DNA from: Candidatus Limnocylindria bacterium
GTDB taxonomy: Bacteria; Chloroflexota; Limnocylindria; P2-11E
Reading direction: 5' to 3'
Length of the DNA stretch: 50,244 nt
NCBI GenBank assembly: GCA_050692015.1
Contig: JBOGTE010000002.1
Location: 1 to 50,244 of the forward strand
A program made the position numbers and the translations under genes. Under the pieces are notes generated by a model. It was not told where the DNA came from. It searched no databases and saw nothing but the letters and a program-made list of their open reading frames with translations. Below, in pieces: positions 7,326 to 16,863 of this stretch (position 1 is its first letter; the number at the start of each line of letters is the position of its first letter).

Positions 7326-8759
7326 ATGGGGAAGGGGATCCAGCGCATGGCAGCACGAACCGAGACGGCGGTGGGCCGCGTGAACACGCTCGACCGCTAC
7401 TTCCGCGTCACCGAGCGCGGCTCCACGATCGGCACCGAGATCCGCGGCGGCGCCACGACGTTCCTGGTCATGTCCTACATCCTGGTCGTGAACGCCGTGA
7501 TCCTGTCCCAGGCGGGCGTTCCGTTCACCGCGGTCGTCGCGGCGACGGCGCTCCTCGCCGCGCTCTTCACCGGCGCGATGGCCCTCTGGGCGAACTACCC
7601 CTACGCCGGCGCGGCCGGCCTCGGCATCAACGCGGTCGTCGCGTTCCAGCTCGTCCAGGGCGCCGGCCTCTCGTGGCAGGCGGCCATGGGCGTCATCTTC
7701 CTCGAGGGCGTCGCCATCACCGTGCTCATGGCGATCGGCGTCCGCCGGCTGCTCCTCGACGCCGTGCCGCTCTCGCTGAAGATGGGCATCGGCGCCGGCA
7801 TCGGCGCGTTCATCTTCGCCATCGGCGTCTTCAACGGCGGCCTGGCGGTGGCGACGGGCAACCCGTCGGCACCGATCGGCCTCGGCAACTTCGCGAGCGC
7901 TCCGGTCATCGTCACGCTCGCCGGCCTGCTCATCACCGGAGCGCTCTACGCACGCGGCGTCAAGGGCAGCCTGCTGCTCGGGATCGTCGGCGCGACCATC
8001 GTCGGGGTCATCGTGAACGCGGCGAACGCGGGCGCCACGTACCGGGACTTCCCGGGTGTCGCGGTCATGCCCGAGAGCCTCGTCGCGGCCCCCGACTTCT
8101 CGACCATCGGACAGGGCCTCAACATCGACGTCTTCGCGACCCTCGGTCTCGCGGCCGCCCTCCTGGTCATCTTCAGCATCATGCTCTCCGACTTCTTCGA
8201 CACCGCCGGCACCGTGTACTCGGTCGCTTCCGAGGGCGGGTGGCTCAAGCCGGACGGCCGGATCGACCGTGTAGACCGCGTCTTCTGGATCGACTCCCTC
8301 GGCGCGATGTTCGGCGGGATCTTCGGCACCTCCAGCAACACGACGTACATCGAGTCGGGCTCCGGCGTGGCCGAGGGCGCCCGGACGGGGCTCGCCAGCC
8401 TGGTCACGTCGCTCCTGTTCCTACTCGCCATCTTCCTGGCGCCCATCGCCGGCATCGTCCCGGCGCAGGCGACGGCACCCGCGCTCATGCTCGTGGGCTG
8501 GTTCATGTTCCGGCCGGTGCTGGACCTGAACAAGCTCGGGAACATCGACTTCGCGACCGGTTTCGCCGTGCTCCTCACCGTCTTCGTCATGCCGCTCACG
8601 TACTCGATCACCAACGGCATCGGCGCCGGCTTCGTCGCCTACGCCCTGCTGAAGGCCATCGGGGGCAAGGGCAAGGACGTGTCCACGCCGATGTGGATCA
8701 CGACCGTCGCGTTCATCGTGTACTTCGCGGAGCCGTGGCTCCGGCAGTTCATCGGCTGA
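7326..8759 (+). CDS. NCS2-family nucleobase permease (AzgA/PbuG-like purine permease)
   Basis: 477-aa polytopic membrane protein. The N-terminus LDRYFRVTERGSTIGTEIRGGATTFLVMSYILVVN is characteristic of guanine/hypoxanthine permeases. An alternative start lies at 7347. Confidence 0.8.
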   Translation: MGKGIQRMAARTETAVGRVNTLDRYFRVTERGSTIGTEIRGGATTFLVMSYILVVNAVILSQAGVPFTAVVAATALLAALFTGAMALWANYPYAGAAGLGINAVVAFQLVQGAGLSWQAAMGVIFLEGVAITVLMAIGVRRLLLDAVPLSLKMGIGAGIGAFIFAIGVFNGGLAVATGNPSAPIGLGNFASAPVIVTLAGLLITGALYARGVKGSLLLGIVGATIVGVIVNAANAGATYRDFPGVAVMPESLVAAPDFSTIGQGLNIDVFATLGLAAALLVIFSIMLSDFFDTAGTVYSVASEGGWLKPDGRIDRVDRVFWIDSLGAMFGGIFGTSSNTTYIESGSGVAEGARTGLASLVTSLLFLLAIFLAPIAGIVPAQATAPALMLVGWFMFRPVLDLNKLGNIDFATGFAVLLTVFVMPLTYSITNGIGAGFVAYALLKAIGGKGKDVSTPMWITTVAFIVYFAEPWLRQFIG

Positions 8760-8779
8760 CCCGCGAGGCTCGCGCATCA

Positions 8780-8820
8780 AGGGAGAGGGCTCCGCTTCGG
8801 CGGGGCCCTCTCCTCTTTCT
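8780..8820 (+). terminator. Rho-independent terminator after the permease gene
   Basis: AGGGAGAGGGCtCCGC-TTCG-GCGGgGCCCTCTCCT hairpin followed by CTTTCT. Confidence 0.6.
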
Positions 8821-8880
8821 ACTGCGCTCACGCGCACTGCTTGACCTGCACATCGAGCGCGAACCGTTAACGTCACCGCG

Positions 8881-9369
8881 ATGACCCTGGGTGCCCGCTT
8901 CGCGATCGCGGAGGATCTGGTCATCGAAGTCCCTGTTGCGCCGGAGGCGCTCGCGAGCCGGCTGCGCTCGCGGCTGAACCAGCGCCCGAAGCGCGCGCTA
9001 GGGATCCTCAAGGTGAGCGACGAGTGGATCGGCGTCGTTCATGGGAACGAGTTCGCGGTCTGGGAGCGCCGCCAGCACGCGATGCGGGCGCAGGGCCGGA
9101 TCCGGGCCGTGCGGGGAGGCTCGCGCGTGGAGGCGCGCATCTCTCTGACCCGGCGCTCGGCCGTGCTGATGGTGGTCTTCTTCGCGCTCTTCGCCGTCGG
9201 TGCGGTCGGGATCCTGAGCCGGCCGGAGGGTCTCGGCATCTCCCCCGCGACGCTCGTGCTCGTAGGGCTGGCGGTCCTCGGCACCCTGCTCGTCTTCTGG
9301 GTGGGGTCGCTCCGCCAGCGCGCGGCGCTCCGCGCATTCCTCGCGGACGTGTTCCGCGACGCGCCGTAG
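8881..9369 (+). CDS. Hypothetical membrane protein
   Basis: 162 aa with a two-TM C-terminal half (VLMVVFFALFAVGAVGIL, LVLVGLAVLGTLLVFWVG). Confidence 0.5.
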   Translation: MTLGARFAIAEDLVIEVPVAPEALASRLRSRLNQRPKRALGILKVSDEWIGVVHGNEFAVWERRQHAMRAQGRIRAVRGGSRVEARISLTRRSAVLMVVFFALFAVGAVGILSRPEGLGISPATLVLVGLAVLGTLLVFWVGSLRQRAALRAFLADVFRDAP

Positions 9370-9380
9370 GATCGATCCGG

Positions 9381-10094
9381 ATGGAACCGCTCGTCGCGGC
9401 GCGGGAAGCCCTCGCAAGAGGGGAGCGCGCCGTCCTCGTGACCGTCACCGGGATCGAGGGTGAGCCGCCCTCGCGGGAGGGGCTGGCCTTCGCCTACGTC
9501 GAGGGCGGCCGGACGTTCGGCACGCTCGGCTGCGACGGGTTCGACCGCGCCGCGGCGGCCGATGCGGCGCGAGCGCTCGGGAGCGCGACGCGCCTCGAGA
9601 GCGCGTACGAGTGGGATGCCGGCTCGCGCATTCTTGTAGAGGTGCGGCCGCTGCGGCAGGAGGACGCCGTTCCCGGAGCCGGCGCCGAAGCGGAGGTCCT
9701 CGTCGTCGGGGGCGGTCCGGTCGCGCGTGCTCTCGAGGTCCTCGCTCGCACCGTCGGCTTCCAGGTACGCACCGCCGCGCCGACCGATGATCTCGACGCC
9801 GGCCGCGAGACGTACGTCGTCATCTGCGGTCACGACGAGGAGGCTTCCCAGCCCGCGCTGCGGAAGCTGCTCTCGAGCCCCGCGCCGTACCTCGGCATGA
9901 TGGGCAGCCGTCGCCACACGGGGCACCTGCTCGGGGAGCTGCGCGCCGCCGGCCACAGCGACAGCTCGCTCGAGCGCGTGCACACGCCGGTGGGACTCGA
10001 CCTGCGCGCCGAGACGCCCGAGGAGATCGCGCTGGCCGCGCTCGCTCATGTCGTCGCGGTGCGGAGGAGGGGAACGGGTGCACCGCTCGCTTGA
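9381..10094 (+). CDS. xdhC: XdhC/CoxI-family molybdenum-cofactor insertion accessory protein
   Basis: MEPLVAAREALARGERAVLVTV (XdhC_CoxI N-terminus) plus a Rossmann-like LVVGGGPVARAL. The start was taken at the internal ATG of the 9024-10094 ORF. Confidence 0.7.
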   Translation: MEPLVAAREALARGERAVLVTVTGIEGEPPSREGLAFAYVEGGRTFGTLGCDGFDRAAAADAARALGSATRLESAYEWDAGSRILVEVRPLRQEDAVPGAGAEAEVLVVGGGPVARALEVLARTVGFQVRTAAPTDDLDAGRETYVVICGHDEEASQPALRKLLSSPAPYLGMMGSRRHTGHLLGELRAAGHSDSSLERVHTPVGLDLRAETPEEIALAALAHVVAVRRRGTGAPLA

Positions 10095-10159
10095 TCCTGG
10101 TATGCGCTCGTCCGCCGCGCGGCTACGAGAGTCGCCTGTTCCCTCGAGGGGTCCGCCGG

Positions 10160-10165
10160 TACAAT
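10160..10165 (+). promoter_or_regulatory. Putative -10 hexamer (TACAAT) for tRNA-Ser(GCT)
   Basis: A TANNNT hexamer lies 9 nt upstream of the tRNA 5' end. Confidence 0.3.
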
Positions 10166-10174
10166 GACCCCCCA

Positions 10175-10264
10175 GGAGAGGTCGCATAGTTGGCCTAGTG
10201 CGGCAGGTTGCTAACCTGCTATAGGGAGTTTTCCCTATCGAGGGTTCGAATCCCTCCCTCTCCG
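10175..10264 (+). tRNA. tRNA-Ser (anticodon GCT)
   Basis: 90 nt. Acceptor GGAGAGG/CCTCTCC, anticodon loop tTGCTAa, long variable arm, T-loop GGTTCGAATCC. Confidence 0.9.
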
Positions 10265-10292
10265 CCGTCGCGGTAGCCTCTCAGCCGTTCCC

Positions 10293-10751
10293 ATGAAAAC
10301 GGAGCGCTCCTACAACGAGCACAACACCCGCGAGCGCGAGCGGCTGCGCGCCCTCGTCGAGCGCCTCAGCGATGACGACCTGCGGCGCAAGGTCAACGAG
10401 AGCTGGACGGTCGCGGCTGTGCTCGGCCACGTCGCCTTCTGGGATGCCCGCCAGCTGTACCTGGTGGACAAGCTCGAGCGCGGCCTGGCCTTCACCCCCG
10501 CCGAGATCGAGCCGCACCCGCCGGACTGGATCAACGACTCCACGCGTCCGCTGATCGATGCGCTCGATCCGCGCGCGGCCGCCGACCTCGCACTTCGGAT
10601 CGCGGAGCAGATCGACGCGAAGATCGCCGCGCTCCCGCCCGACCTCGCGGCACACACCTGGCCGACGGACCCGGAAAGCCTGGTCAACCCCTTGCGCGCC
10701 GCGCACCGCGGCGAGCACCTCGACGAGATCGAGGCCGCCCTGGCCCGCTGA
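10293..10751 (+). CDS. DinB-like (DUF664-type) four-helix-bundle protein
   Basis: WTVAAVLGHVAFWD with a C-terminal HRGEHLDEI. His-rich DinB/YfiT-like pattern. Confidence 0.5.
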   Translation: MKTERSYNEHNTRERERLRALVERLSDDDLRRKVNESWTVAAVLGHVAFWDARQLYLVDKLERGLAFTPAEIEPHPPDWINDSTRPLIDALDPRAAADLALRIAEQIDAKIAALPPDLAAHTWPTDPESLVNPLRAAHRGEHLDEIEAALAR

Positions 10752-10786
10752 GCCCCGCGCGAGCACCTGACGCCGGGCTCGGGGAC

Positions 10787-12019
10787 CTAGACGCCCAGCG
10801 GCCTCGCGACCAGGCCGGCCGGCACCTTCGGATAGAAGTAGGTCGTCTTCGGCGGGAGCCTCTCCCACGAGTCCGCGACCCGCTGCAGCGTCTCGGCGTC
10901 CACCGGCCGGAGCAGCACCGCGTCGGTCCCGCCCACCGCGGCATCGATGGCGCGATCGGTGTCGTGCTCGTAGCGCACCTCGGCCCCGCCGCTCCGCGCC
11001 GGGTCGATGAGGAGCGCCTCCGCCACCGCGACCGGCAGCGACCTCCAGGCTTCCGAGACCGCCGAGAGGTCCACACCGGTGCGCGGCTCCAGGCGCTGGA
11101 ACGTGCCGTCGCGCACCAGCACGATCCCGGGCTGGGTGTCGGCGAGCGCGCCCTTGTCGATCGGCGACGCGTCGAAGGACCGGGCCACCGCCTCGTCGAT
11201 GGCGGCGCGCGCGCCGGAGACGACGCGGTGCGTCGGCAGGATCCGCAGTCCTGGGTCGTCCAGGGCGCAGAGGTACGCGAGGGCGAAGTGCGCGGGGTCC
11301 TCCGGGAAGTCGATGGTCTTCGCCTCCATCTCCTCGCGGAGGTACTCGAGCCCCACCTCGTAGCGGTGGTGCCCGTCCGCGAGGTAGACGCGCGCTTCCT
11401 TGAGCTGCGCCTGGAGCTCGCCGGCGAGCGCGGGCTCGTCCAGCGCCCACAGCACGTGCCGCTCCGCGCCGGTGCGCGCCTCAGCGACGGCCCGGGCAGG
11501 CCCGCGGCTGGTCCACTCCTCGAGCATCCCGGCCATGCGCCCCTCGGCGTCCTCGTACAGGCCGAAGATCGGGCTGGTGTTCACGCGCGTGAGGCGCAGG
11601 AGGCGCAGGCGGTCGCTCTTGTCCTTGGGGATCGTCTGCTCGTGAGGCCGCACGATGCCGAGGCCGAACTGGTACAGCCGCAGCGCCCCCAGGAACCCGC
11701 GCCGCCGCAGGCGCTGGCCGCCGAGCTCGAAGTGGTGGTCGTAGAGGTAGAACGCGGGCGTGGTGTCGTGCCGGAGCACGCCCTTCTCCGTCCACTGCTC
11801 GAGGGCCGCCTTCGCGCGCGAGTAGCGGTCGTCCACGGGGTCGTCGCCCGCCTCCGGCCTGCCGAACTCGAGGCGGACGAAGTTGTGCGGGCTCCGCTCG
11901 TAGAGCCGCTCGCGCTCCGCCTCCGAGATCACGTCGTACGGCGGGCAGATGAGATCCGCGAGTCCGCCGGCCTTCTTCTCGTCGTACCGCAGCCCCTGGA
12001 AGGGGACGATCTCCGCCAT
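10787..12019 (-). CDS. DUF1015-domain protein
   Basis: MAEIVPFQGLRYDE is the characteristic DUF1015 N-terminus. 410 aa. Confidence 0.7.
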   Translation of the reverse strand: MAEIVPFQGLRYDEKKAGGLADLICPPYDVISEAERERLYERSPHNFVRLEFGRPEAGDDPVDDRYSRAKAALEQWTEKGVLRHDTTPAFYLYDHHFELGGQRLRRRGFLGALRLYQFGLGIVRPHEQTIPKDKSDRLRLLRLTRVNTSPIFGLYEDAEGRMAGMLEEWTSRGPARAVAEARTGAERHVLWALDEPALAGELQAQLKEARVYLADGHHRYEVGLEYLREEMEAKTIDFPEDPAHFALAYLCALDDPGLRILPTHRVVSGARAAIDEAVARSFDASPIDKGALADTQPGIVLVRDGTFQRLEPRTGVDLSAVSEAWRSLPVAVAEALLIDPARSGGAEVRYEHDTDRAIDAAVGGTDAVLLRPVDAETLQRVADSWERLPPKTTYFYPKVPAGLVARPLGV

Positions 12020-12131
12020 CTCCGCCCATGTTCGTCCCTTCGGTCGAAGCGAGCAGGCGGGGCCTTGGCTGGGATCGGTCGGGCGTCGAGATCGCGCGCT
12101 CGCCGTGCGCTCGATCGCCCCGGGCGATTAG

Positions 12132-13649
12132 GTGCTCGTGCGAACCAGTCCCACGGTCCCGCACCTCCTCGGCGTGCTCCTCCTGGTGTCGTTCTTCAAC
12201 GTCAGTGCGTCAGCACCACGGTCAAGCGAGCCACTGGACGGTCCGTCGCCGGAAGGGCTCGATGCGGCGGAGGCGCAGGCCTGGGGGCCGACGCCCTCGA
12301 ACCCGCTCAGCTGCGTGCAGCGCGTCGATGTCGCCGGGCTCGATCAGGTCGTCGATCTGAGCTGGGCGCCGGGCGGATCGAAGCTCGCGCTCACCCGGGT
12401 CGTCACCTCGCCGTCGGCGCGGACCATCACCGGGTACGAGGAGGACCCCTTCCTCGCCGTCCTGGACCTCGCTACCGGCAAGGCGGAAGACCTCGGGGCC
12501 GGAGCCCGCGCGCGCTGGTCGGCCTCGGGCGATCTCCTGGCCTTCTGGCGCGGCGGCCGCCTCTACATCCACAGGGGGACGGAGAGGGTCACGGTCATCG
12601 ACTCGACCGTTCCGGACGTCCGCTGGGTGGGTGAGGAGCTGGTGTACTTCTTCCAGGACCAGATCCGCGGCTGGTCCGAGCGCGGCGATCGCCTCATCTC
12701 GACCGTCGGCTGGGACCACATGCCGCGGTTCCCCAAGGACGACACCTACTTCAGCGGCGACGGCGCGCTCTTCATCGTCACGCGCTACTCCATGGACGGC
12801 AGCGCCTACCGCTACATCGGGCAGACCGCGACCGGGCACGTCGCACCGCTCGAGACCGCCGGCACGACCTACACGGAGTGGGCTCCCACCGGCCAGACCC
12901 TCCTGGTGCGCTCGGACCACGACGTCGAGCTGCGCGGCCCTGGGGGAGTGCGCACCGTGGCGCCGGTCTCGGCCTTCCCCGGAGCGGTCCACGGCTGGAC
13001 CCCAGACGGCAAGGGCCTGCTGATGGGCGGGGTGACCGCGACGGTCCCGTCCGGCGCCGCGTTCGACCGGTTCGCGGTCTGGGAAGGCGGCGCCGTGGTC
13101 GCCACGGCGACGCTGCCGAACCTGATCGGCGGCCGCGCCTTCAGTCCCGACGGGCGGTACTTCGCGGGGATCGCGCGGGCCGGGGTCCACGAGACCGCCC
13201 TCGAGATCTACCGCTGCGGCACGCGCCTCGTCCGGGCGGCGGAGCGCGCGGATCCCGTCTCGCGTGCCCGGGAGGCCCGGATCGCGGGCGACGGCCGCCG
13301 CCTGGTCCGGCCGGTCTCCGGCTTCATCTCCCAGTTCCTCCAGGGGAGCCACACCGGCGTGGACATCGCGGCCCCGTTCGGCGCGATCATCGCCGCCGCC
13401 GACGAGGGCGAGGTGACGCACGTGGGGTGGGTGCCGGTCGGCGGCCGCGCCGTGTGTGTGACGCACAGCGCCGGCCTCGAGAGCTGCTACTACCACACGT
13501 CGCTGTCGTACGTGACCGTCGGGCAGCGTGTCGCCCGCGGTCAGCCCATCGCCGCCATCGGCATGAGCGGGCTCACGACGGGCGCCCACGTCCACTGGGA
13601 AGTGAAGCAGGACGGCCGCATCGTCGATCCGCTCGAGGTGCGTCGCTAG
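12132..13649 (+). CDS. M23-family metallopeptidase with N-terminal beta-propeller (TolB-like) region
   Basis: C-terminal HTGVDIAAPFGAIIAAADEGEV...HVHWEV (LytM/M23 HxxxD...HxH), N-terminal signal-like segment, and repeated xSPDG/W-rich strands. Confidence 0.75.
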   Translation: MLVRTSPTVPHLLGVLLLVSFFNVSASAPRSSEPLDGPSPEGLDAAEAQAWGPTPSNPLSCVQRVDVAGLDQVVDLSWAPGGSKLALTRVVTSPSARTITGYEEDPFLAVLDLATGKAEDLGAGARARWSASGDLLAFWRGGRLYIHRGTERVTVIDSTVPDVRWVGEELVYFFQDQIRGWSERGDRLISTVGWDHMPRFPKDDTYFSGDGALFIVTRYSMDGSAYRYIGQTATGHVAPLETAGTTYTEWAPTGQTLLVRSDHDVELRGPGGVRTVAPVSAFPGAVHGWTPDGKGLLMGGVTATVPSGAAFDRFAVWEGGAVVATATLPNLIGGRAFSPDGRYFAGIARAGVHETALEIYRCGTRLVRAAERADPVSRAREARIAGDGRRLVRPVSGFISQFLQGSHTGVDIAAPFGAIIAAADEGEVTHVGWVPVGGRAVCVTHSAGLESCYYHTSLSYVTVGQRVARGQPIAAIGMSGLTTGAHVHWEVKQDGRIVDPLEVRR

Positions 13650-13700
13650 CGGACCTCGACGCGCGTCGCGCGGAGCGCTCCATGATCTAGTGTCGCGACG

Positions 13701-14273
13701 GTGCCGCCCTCGCTCCTCATCACGGTCATTGGCAAGAGCGCCCGCGACCCGAACGATCCCGTCTCGCCCGAGGCGCTCGCCGCAGCGGAGGAAGTGGGTC
13801 GCCTGATCGCGGAGGCCGGGGCGACCGTAGTGAGCGGCGGGTTATCCGGCGTGATGGAGGCGGTCAGCCGCGGCGCGAAGGGCGCCGGTGGCCTGACGAT
13901 CGGGATCCTGCCCGGCTTCGACAAGCGCGAGGCGAACCGGTACGTCGACATACCGATCACAACTGGGATGGGCTACATGCGGAACACGCTGAACGTCCGC
14001 GTTGCCGACGCGGTGATCATGATCAGCGGCGGCATCGGCACGCTCAACGAGCTGACCGTGGCGTACGAGGACAAGCCGACAGTCATCCTCGAGGGCACCG
14101 GAGGCTGGGCCGATCGCATGCGCGAGGTCGCGTACAAGGGCGTGCACCTCGACGAGGGCGGCCGCAGCGTCCTTCGGTACGCCTCGACTCCGAAGGAAGC
14201 CGTCGATCTTGCGCTGGAGCTGGCGGCGGCGGACGAGCGCTCGCGCCGCGCTGGCGACGCGGAGTTCCGCTGA
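13701..14273 (+). CDS. LOG-family / TIGR00725 Rossmann-fold nucleotide-binding protein
   Basis: GGLSGVMEAVSRGAKGAGG and SGGIGTLNELT motifs. Confidence 0.75.
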   Translation: MPPSLLITVIGKSARDPNDPVSPEALAAAEEVGRLIAEAGATVVSGGLSGVMEAVSRGAKGAGGLTIGILPGFDKREANRYVDIPITTGMGYMRNTLNVRVADAVIMISGGIGTLNELTVAYEDKPTVILEGTGGWADRMREVAYKGVHLDEGGRSVLRYASTPKEAVDLALELAAADERSRRAGDAEFR

Positions 14274-14323
14274 GGGTCAGCGCTCGGTCGCGCGGGCTTC
14301 CCTTTCGGACCTCAGCGCGGGCA

Positions 14324-15613
14324 TCACCAGCGGCCGATGACGCCCTCGGCCCAGGCCGCCGCGGCGAAGAGCCGCCGGTCGTCGCCCGGGGCGGTCACTA
14401 GCTGCAGCCCCAGCGGCAGGCCCGAGGGGCCGCGCCCCGCCGGGACGGTCACCGCGGGCGCGCCGACGAGCGTCCAGCGCGAGCAGAAGACCGGGTCGCC
14501 GGTGGTCTCCGGCGTCGGCGCCTCGCCCGTCGCGGGGAGGGTCAGCACCGCGTCGTACGGCGCCGCCCAGTCGGCGAAGGTCGCCACCAGCCGGTCGCGC
14601 TCGAGGAGTGCCTCCCGGTAGGTCGCGTCGCCGACCGTCTCGCCCTCGGCAACGAGCGCCCGCGCCACCTCGCTCGCCAGCGAAGGCTCTCGCCGGATCG
14701 CCGTGCCGATCGTGCCGACGCTCTCGCGGGCCATGATCGTCCGGAGGACGGGGACGGCCCCTTCGATGCCCTTCGGAAGCGCGGGCCACTCGATCGCGCG
14801 CCCGACCGCGGCCAGCGCGTCGATCGTCAGCTGGAAGCGCTGCCGCGCCGCCTCACTCGCGCGCTCCCAGTCCCTGGTGCGGATCGCCGCAAAGCGCGGC
14901 GGGGCGGTGGCGGGTCCAGCCCACCACCGATCGAGCGGCTCGCGCGCCATGGCGGCGCAGAGTAGTGCCGCCCCTTCGACGGTCCTGGTGAACGTCCCGG
15001 CGTGGTCGAGCGTCGGCGCGAACGGCATGACACCTTCGAGAGGGATCCGGCCGTACGTCGGCTTGACCCCTACGACGCCGCAGAACGCGGCGGGCCTGAT
15101 GACGGACCCGTTGGTCTGGCTGCCGATCGCTGCCGGGATCATCCCGGCCGCGACAGCGGCGGCGGAGCCCATCGAGGACCCGCCGGGCGTGCGCGAGCGA
15201 TCGTGGGGGTTGGTGGTCGGACCTGGCTGGAAGAAGGCCAGCTCCGTCGTGACCGTCTTCCCGATCACGATCGCGCCCGCAGCCTCTAGCGCCTCGACCG
15301 CGGCGGCGCTCCGGTCCGGCACCCGGCCGCGGTCGAGGGGCGTGCCGTTCTCGGTCGGGATGCCCGCCGTGTCGTAGATGTCCTTGACGCCCACCGGCAC
15401 GCCGTGCAGGAGGCCGGGCTCGGATCCACTCGCGAGCGCGCGGTCCTTCTCGTCCGCCAGGCGCAGCGCGCGGTCCCGGTCGAGCCACGCGAACGCCCGC
15501 ACCGCCGGCTCGCGCTCGTCGTACTTCGCGAGGGCGGCCAGAACGAGCGCGCGGCTGGTCGTCAGGCGCTGGCGGACCGCGCGCGCGGCGGCCGGGAGGT
15601 CTTCGAGGTACAT
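14324..15613 (-). CDS. Amidase (amidase-signature family)
   Basis: GGSSMGSAAAVAAG signature with the Ser-cisSer-Lys context. Start taken at MYLEDLP (15613). The alternative start at 15679 would overlap the upstream exonuclease gene by 31 nt. Confidence 0.8.
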   Translation of the reverse strand: MYLEDLPAAARAVRQRLTTSRALVLAALAKYDEREPAVRAFAWLDRDRALRLADEKDRALASGSEPGLLHGVPVGVKDIYDTAGIPTENGTPLDRGRVPDRSAAAVEALEAAGAIVIGKTVTTELAFFQPGPTTNPHDRSRTPGGSSMGSAAAVAAGMIPAAIGSQTNGSVIRPAAFCGVVGVKPTYGRIPLEGVMPFAPTLDHAGTFTRTVEGAALLCAAMAREPLDRWWAGPATAPPRFAAIRTRDWERASEAARQRFQLTIDALAAVGRAIEWPALPKGIEGAVPVLRTIMARESVGTIGTAIRREPSLASEVARALVAEGETVGDATYREALLERDRLVATFADWAAPYDAVLTLPATGEAPTPETTGDPVFCSRWTLVGAPAVTVPAGRGPSGLPLGLQLVTAPGDDRRLFAAAAWAEGVIGRW

Positions 15614-15648
15614 GTCGCGCGCATGGTGACGCGTGGCGTCCGGCCGCG

Positions 15649-16863
15649 TCAGCTTGCGGGTCGCAGGTCTCGTCGCCATCTCGCCCGTAACAGTCTGCGC
15701 AGCCGCGCCTCGGCCTGCCTCCGCCAGCCCGGCGCGCCGGCACCCAGGGCCAGCAGCGTCTCGAGCATCGCGATCGCGCGGTCGGGATCGCCCCGGCGCT
15801 CGAGCGCGCGGGCGAAGGGCAGCGAGGCCCGCACCCGCGTGACCGGATCGCCATCGACGTACGCGCTCTCGTAGCAGCAGAACGCCGCCGTGGTCTCGCC
15901 CTCGCGCTCGAAGACCCGCGCGAGCGCCAGAGCGGCCGGGCCGTGGTCGGGCGCGCGCCCGCCTCGCGCCAGGATCACCGCGCTGGCAACGCGGTCCGCG
16001 ATCCGGACCAGGGAGATGACGTCCTGCGCGTTGTGCCGAAGCACCGGCTCCAGCAGCCGTTCGTCGCGCGTGCGGAGGTAGCCGAAGTAGCGCTCCGGGA
16101 TCAGCGCTCCGGGGATGTCGTCGGTCCGCGGCTCGTCCAGTACCGACGCCTCGATCTGGCGGAGCGTCGTCGAGCCGAAGCGGTCCTTCCAGAGCCGCCG
16201 CGCGGGGTGGAGCAGGTCGAGGTGGCTCTCGTCCACGGACAGCTCGGCGCGCAGCGCCAGCACGACGCGCGTGCGCAGGATGGGCAGGTCGAACGACTTG
16301 CCGTTGTACGACGCGCAAGCGCGGAACGCGGCCATCTCCTGGTGGATCGCCGCGACGAAGCGCCGCTCCGCGCCGAGGTCCGAGAGCACGTGCTGCCGGA
16401 GCACGACCTCGCCAGCGGAGACGCGCGCCGTCCCGAGCATGAACACGTACGTTCCGGTGCCTCCCGAGAGGCCCGTGGTCTCCGTGTCGAGGAAGAGGAT
16501 GTCCTCCCAGCGGCGCGGCGCCTCGCCGCGCAGGCCCAGGTGCGCAAGGGTGAGTGGGTCCGGGTCGGATCGGCCGACGACCTCCAGCCCCAAGCCGTTG
16601 AGCTCGTAGCGCTCTTCGACGACGTTCCAGCCGGCGCCCGGCGACGTTGCCTCGGGTCGGCCCGTCCCTGTGCCTCGGTCGCTCCTCGCCTCTCGCTTGA
16701 TGCTGGGCTCGGGGTCGAAAGCGCCGGCTCGTCGCTCCCTCGCGGGCTCGGGCCTCCCCTCGACCTCGCCGGGCGCCGGCATGCCGACGCTCGCCTCCGC
16801 TCCTTGGAGGACCGCGCGCGCGGCCGCGACGCGCGCCAGCCGGTCGCGGAGCGCGAGGGTCAT
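15649..16863 (-). CDS. mrfB: RNase H-like 3'-5' exonuclease (YprB/MrfB-like, PF13482) with C-terminal TPR-like region
   Basis: ILFLDTETTGLSGGTGTYVFMLG is the DEDD-type exonuclease motif I typical of YprB. The ATG at 16863 overlaps the helicase stop in an ATGA, so the two are translationally coupled. Confidence 0.7.
   Translation of the reverse strand: MTLALRDRLARVAAARAVLQGAEASVGMPAPGEVEGRPEPARERRAGAFDPEPSIKREARSDRGTGTGRPEATSPGAGWNVVEERYELNGLGLEVVGRSDPDPLTLAHLGLRGEAPRRWEDILFLDTETTGLSGGTGTYVFMLGTARVSAGEVVLRQHVLSDLGAERRFVAAIHQEMAAFRACASYNGKSFDLPILRTRVVLALRAELSVDESHLDLLHPARRLWKDRFGSTTLRQIEASVLDEPRTDDIPGALIPERYFGYLRTRDERLLEPVLRHNAQDVISLVRIADRVASAVILARGGRAPDHGPAALALARVFEREGETTAAFCCYESAYVDGDPVTRVRASLPFARALERRGDPDRAIAMLETLLALGAGAPGWRRQAEARLRRLLRARWRRDLRPAS

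Noticed and set aside
5983-7356. Very long antisense or alternative-frame ORFs in the six-frame track, including 5983-7356(-), 10964-12634(+), 12222-13595(-), 14853-15854(-), 17104-19062(-), 17262-19259(+), 21771-23105(-), 30871-31860(+), 35058-36104(-), 36330-37544(+) and 39124-41520(+)
   Set aside because: They are low-complexity (Arg/Ala/Gly/Pro-rich) and stop-codon-poor only because of the roughly 70% GC. Each lies opposite or out of frame to a gene with clear family motifs and correct codon-position GC bias, so they were treated as shadow ORFs.
15614-15679. Longer amidase start at 15679 (MATRPATRK...)
   Set aside because: It would overlap the upstream exonuclease gene by 31 nt and adds a non-conserved Arg/Thr-rich leader. 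It is kept only as an alternative.
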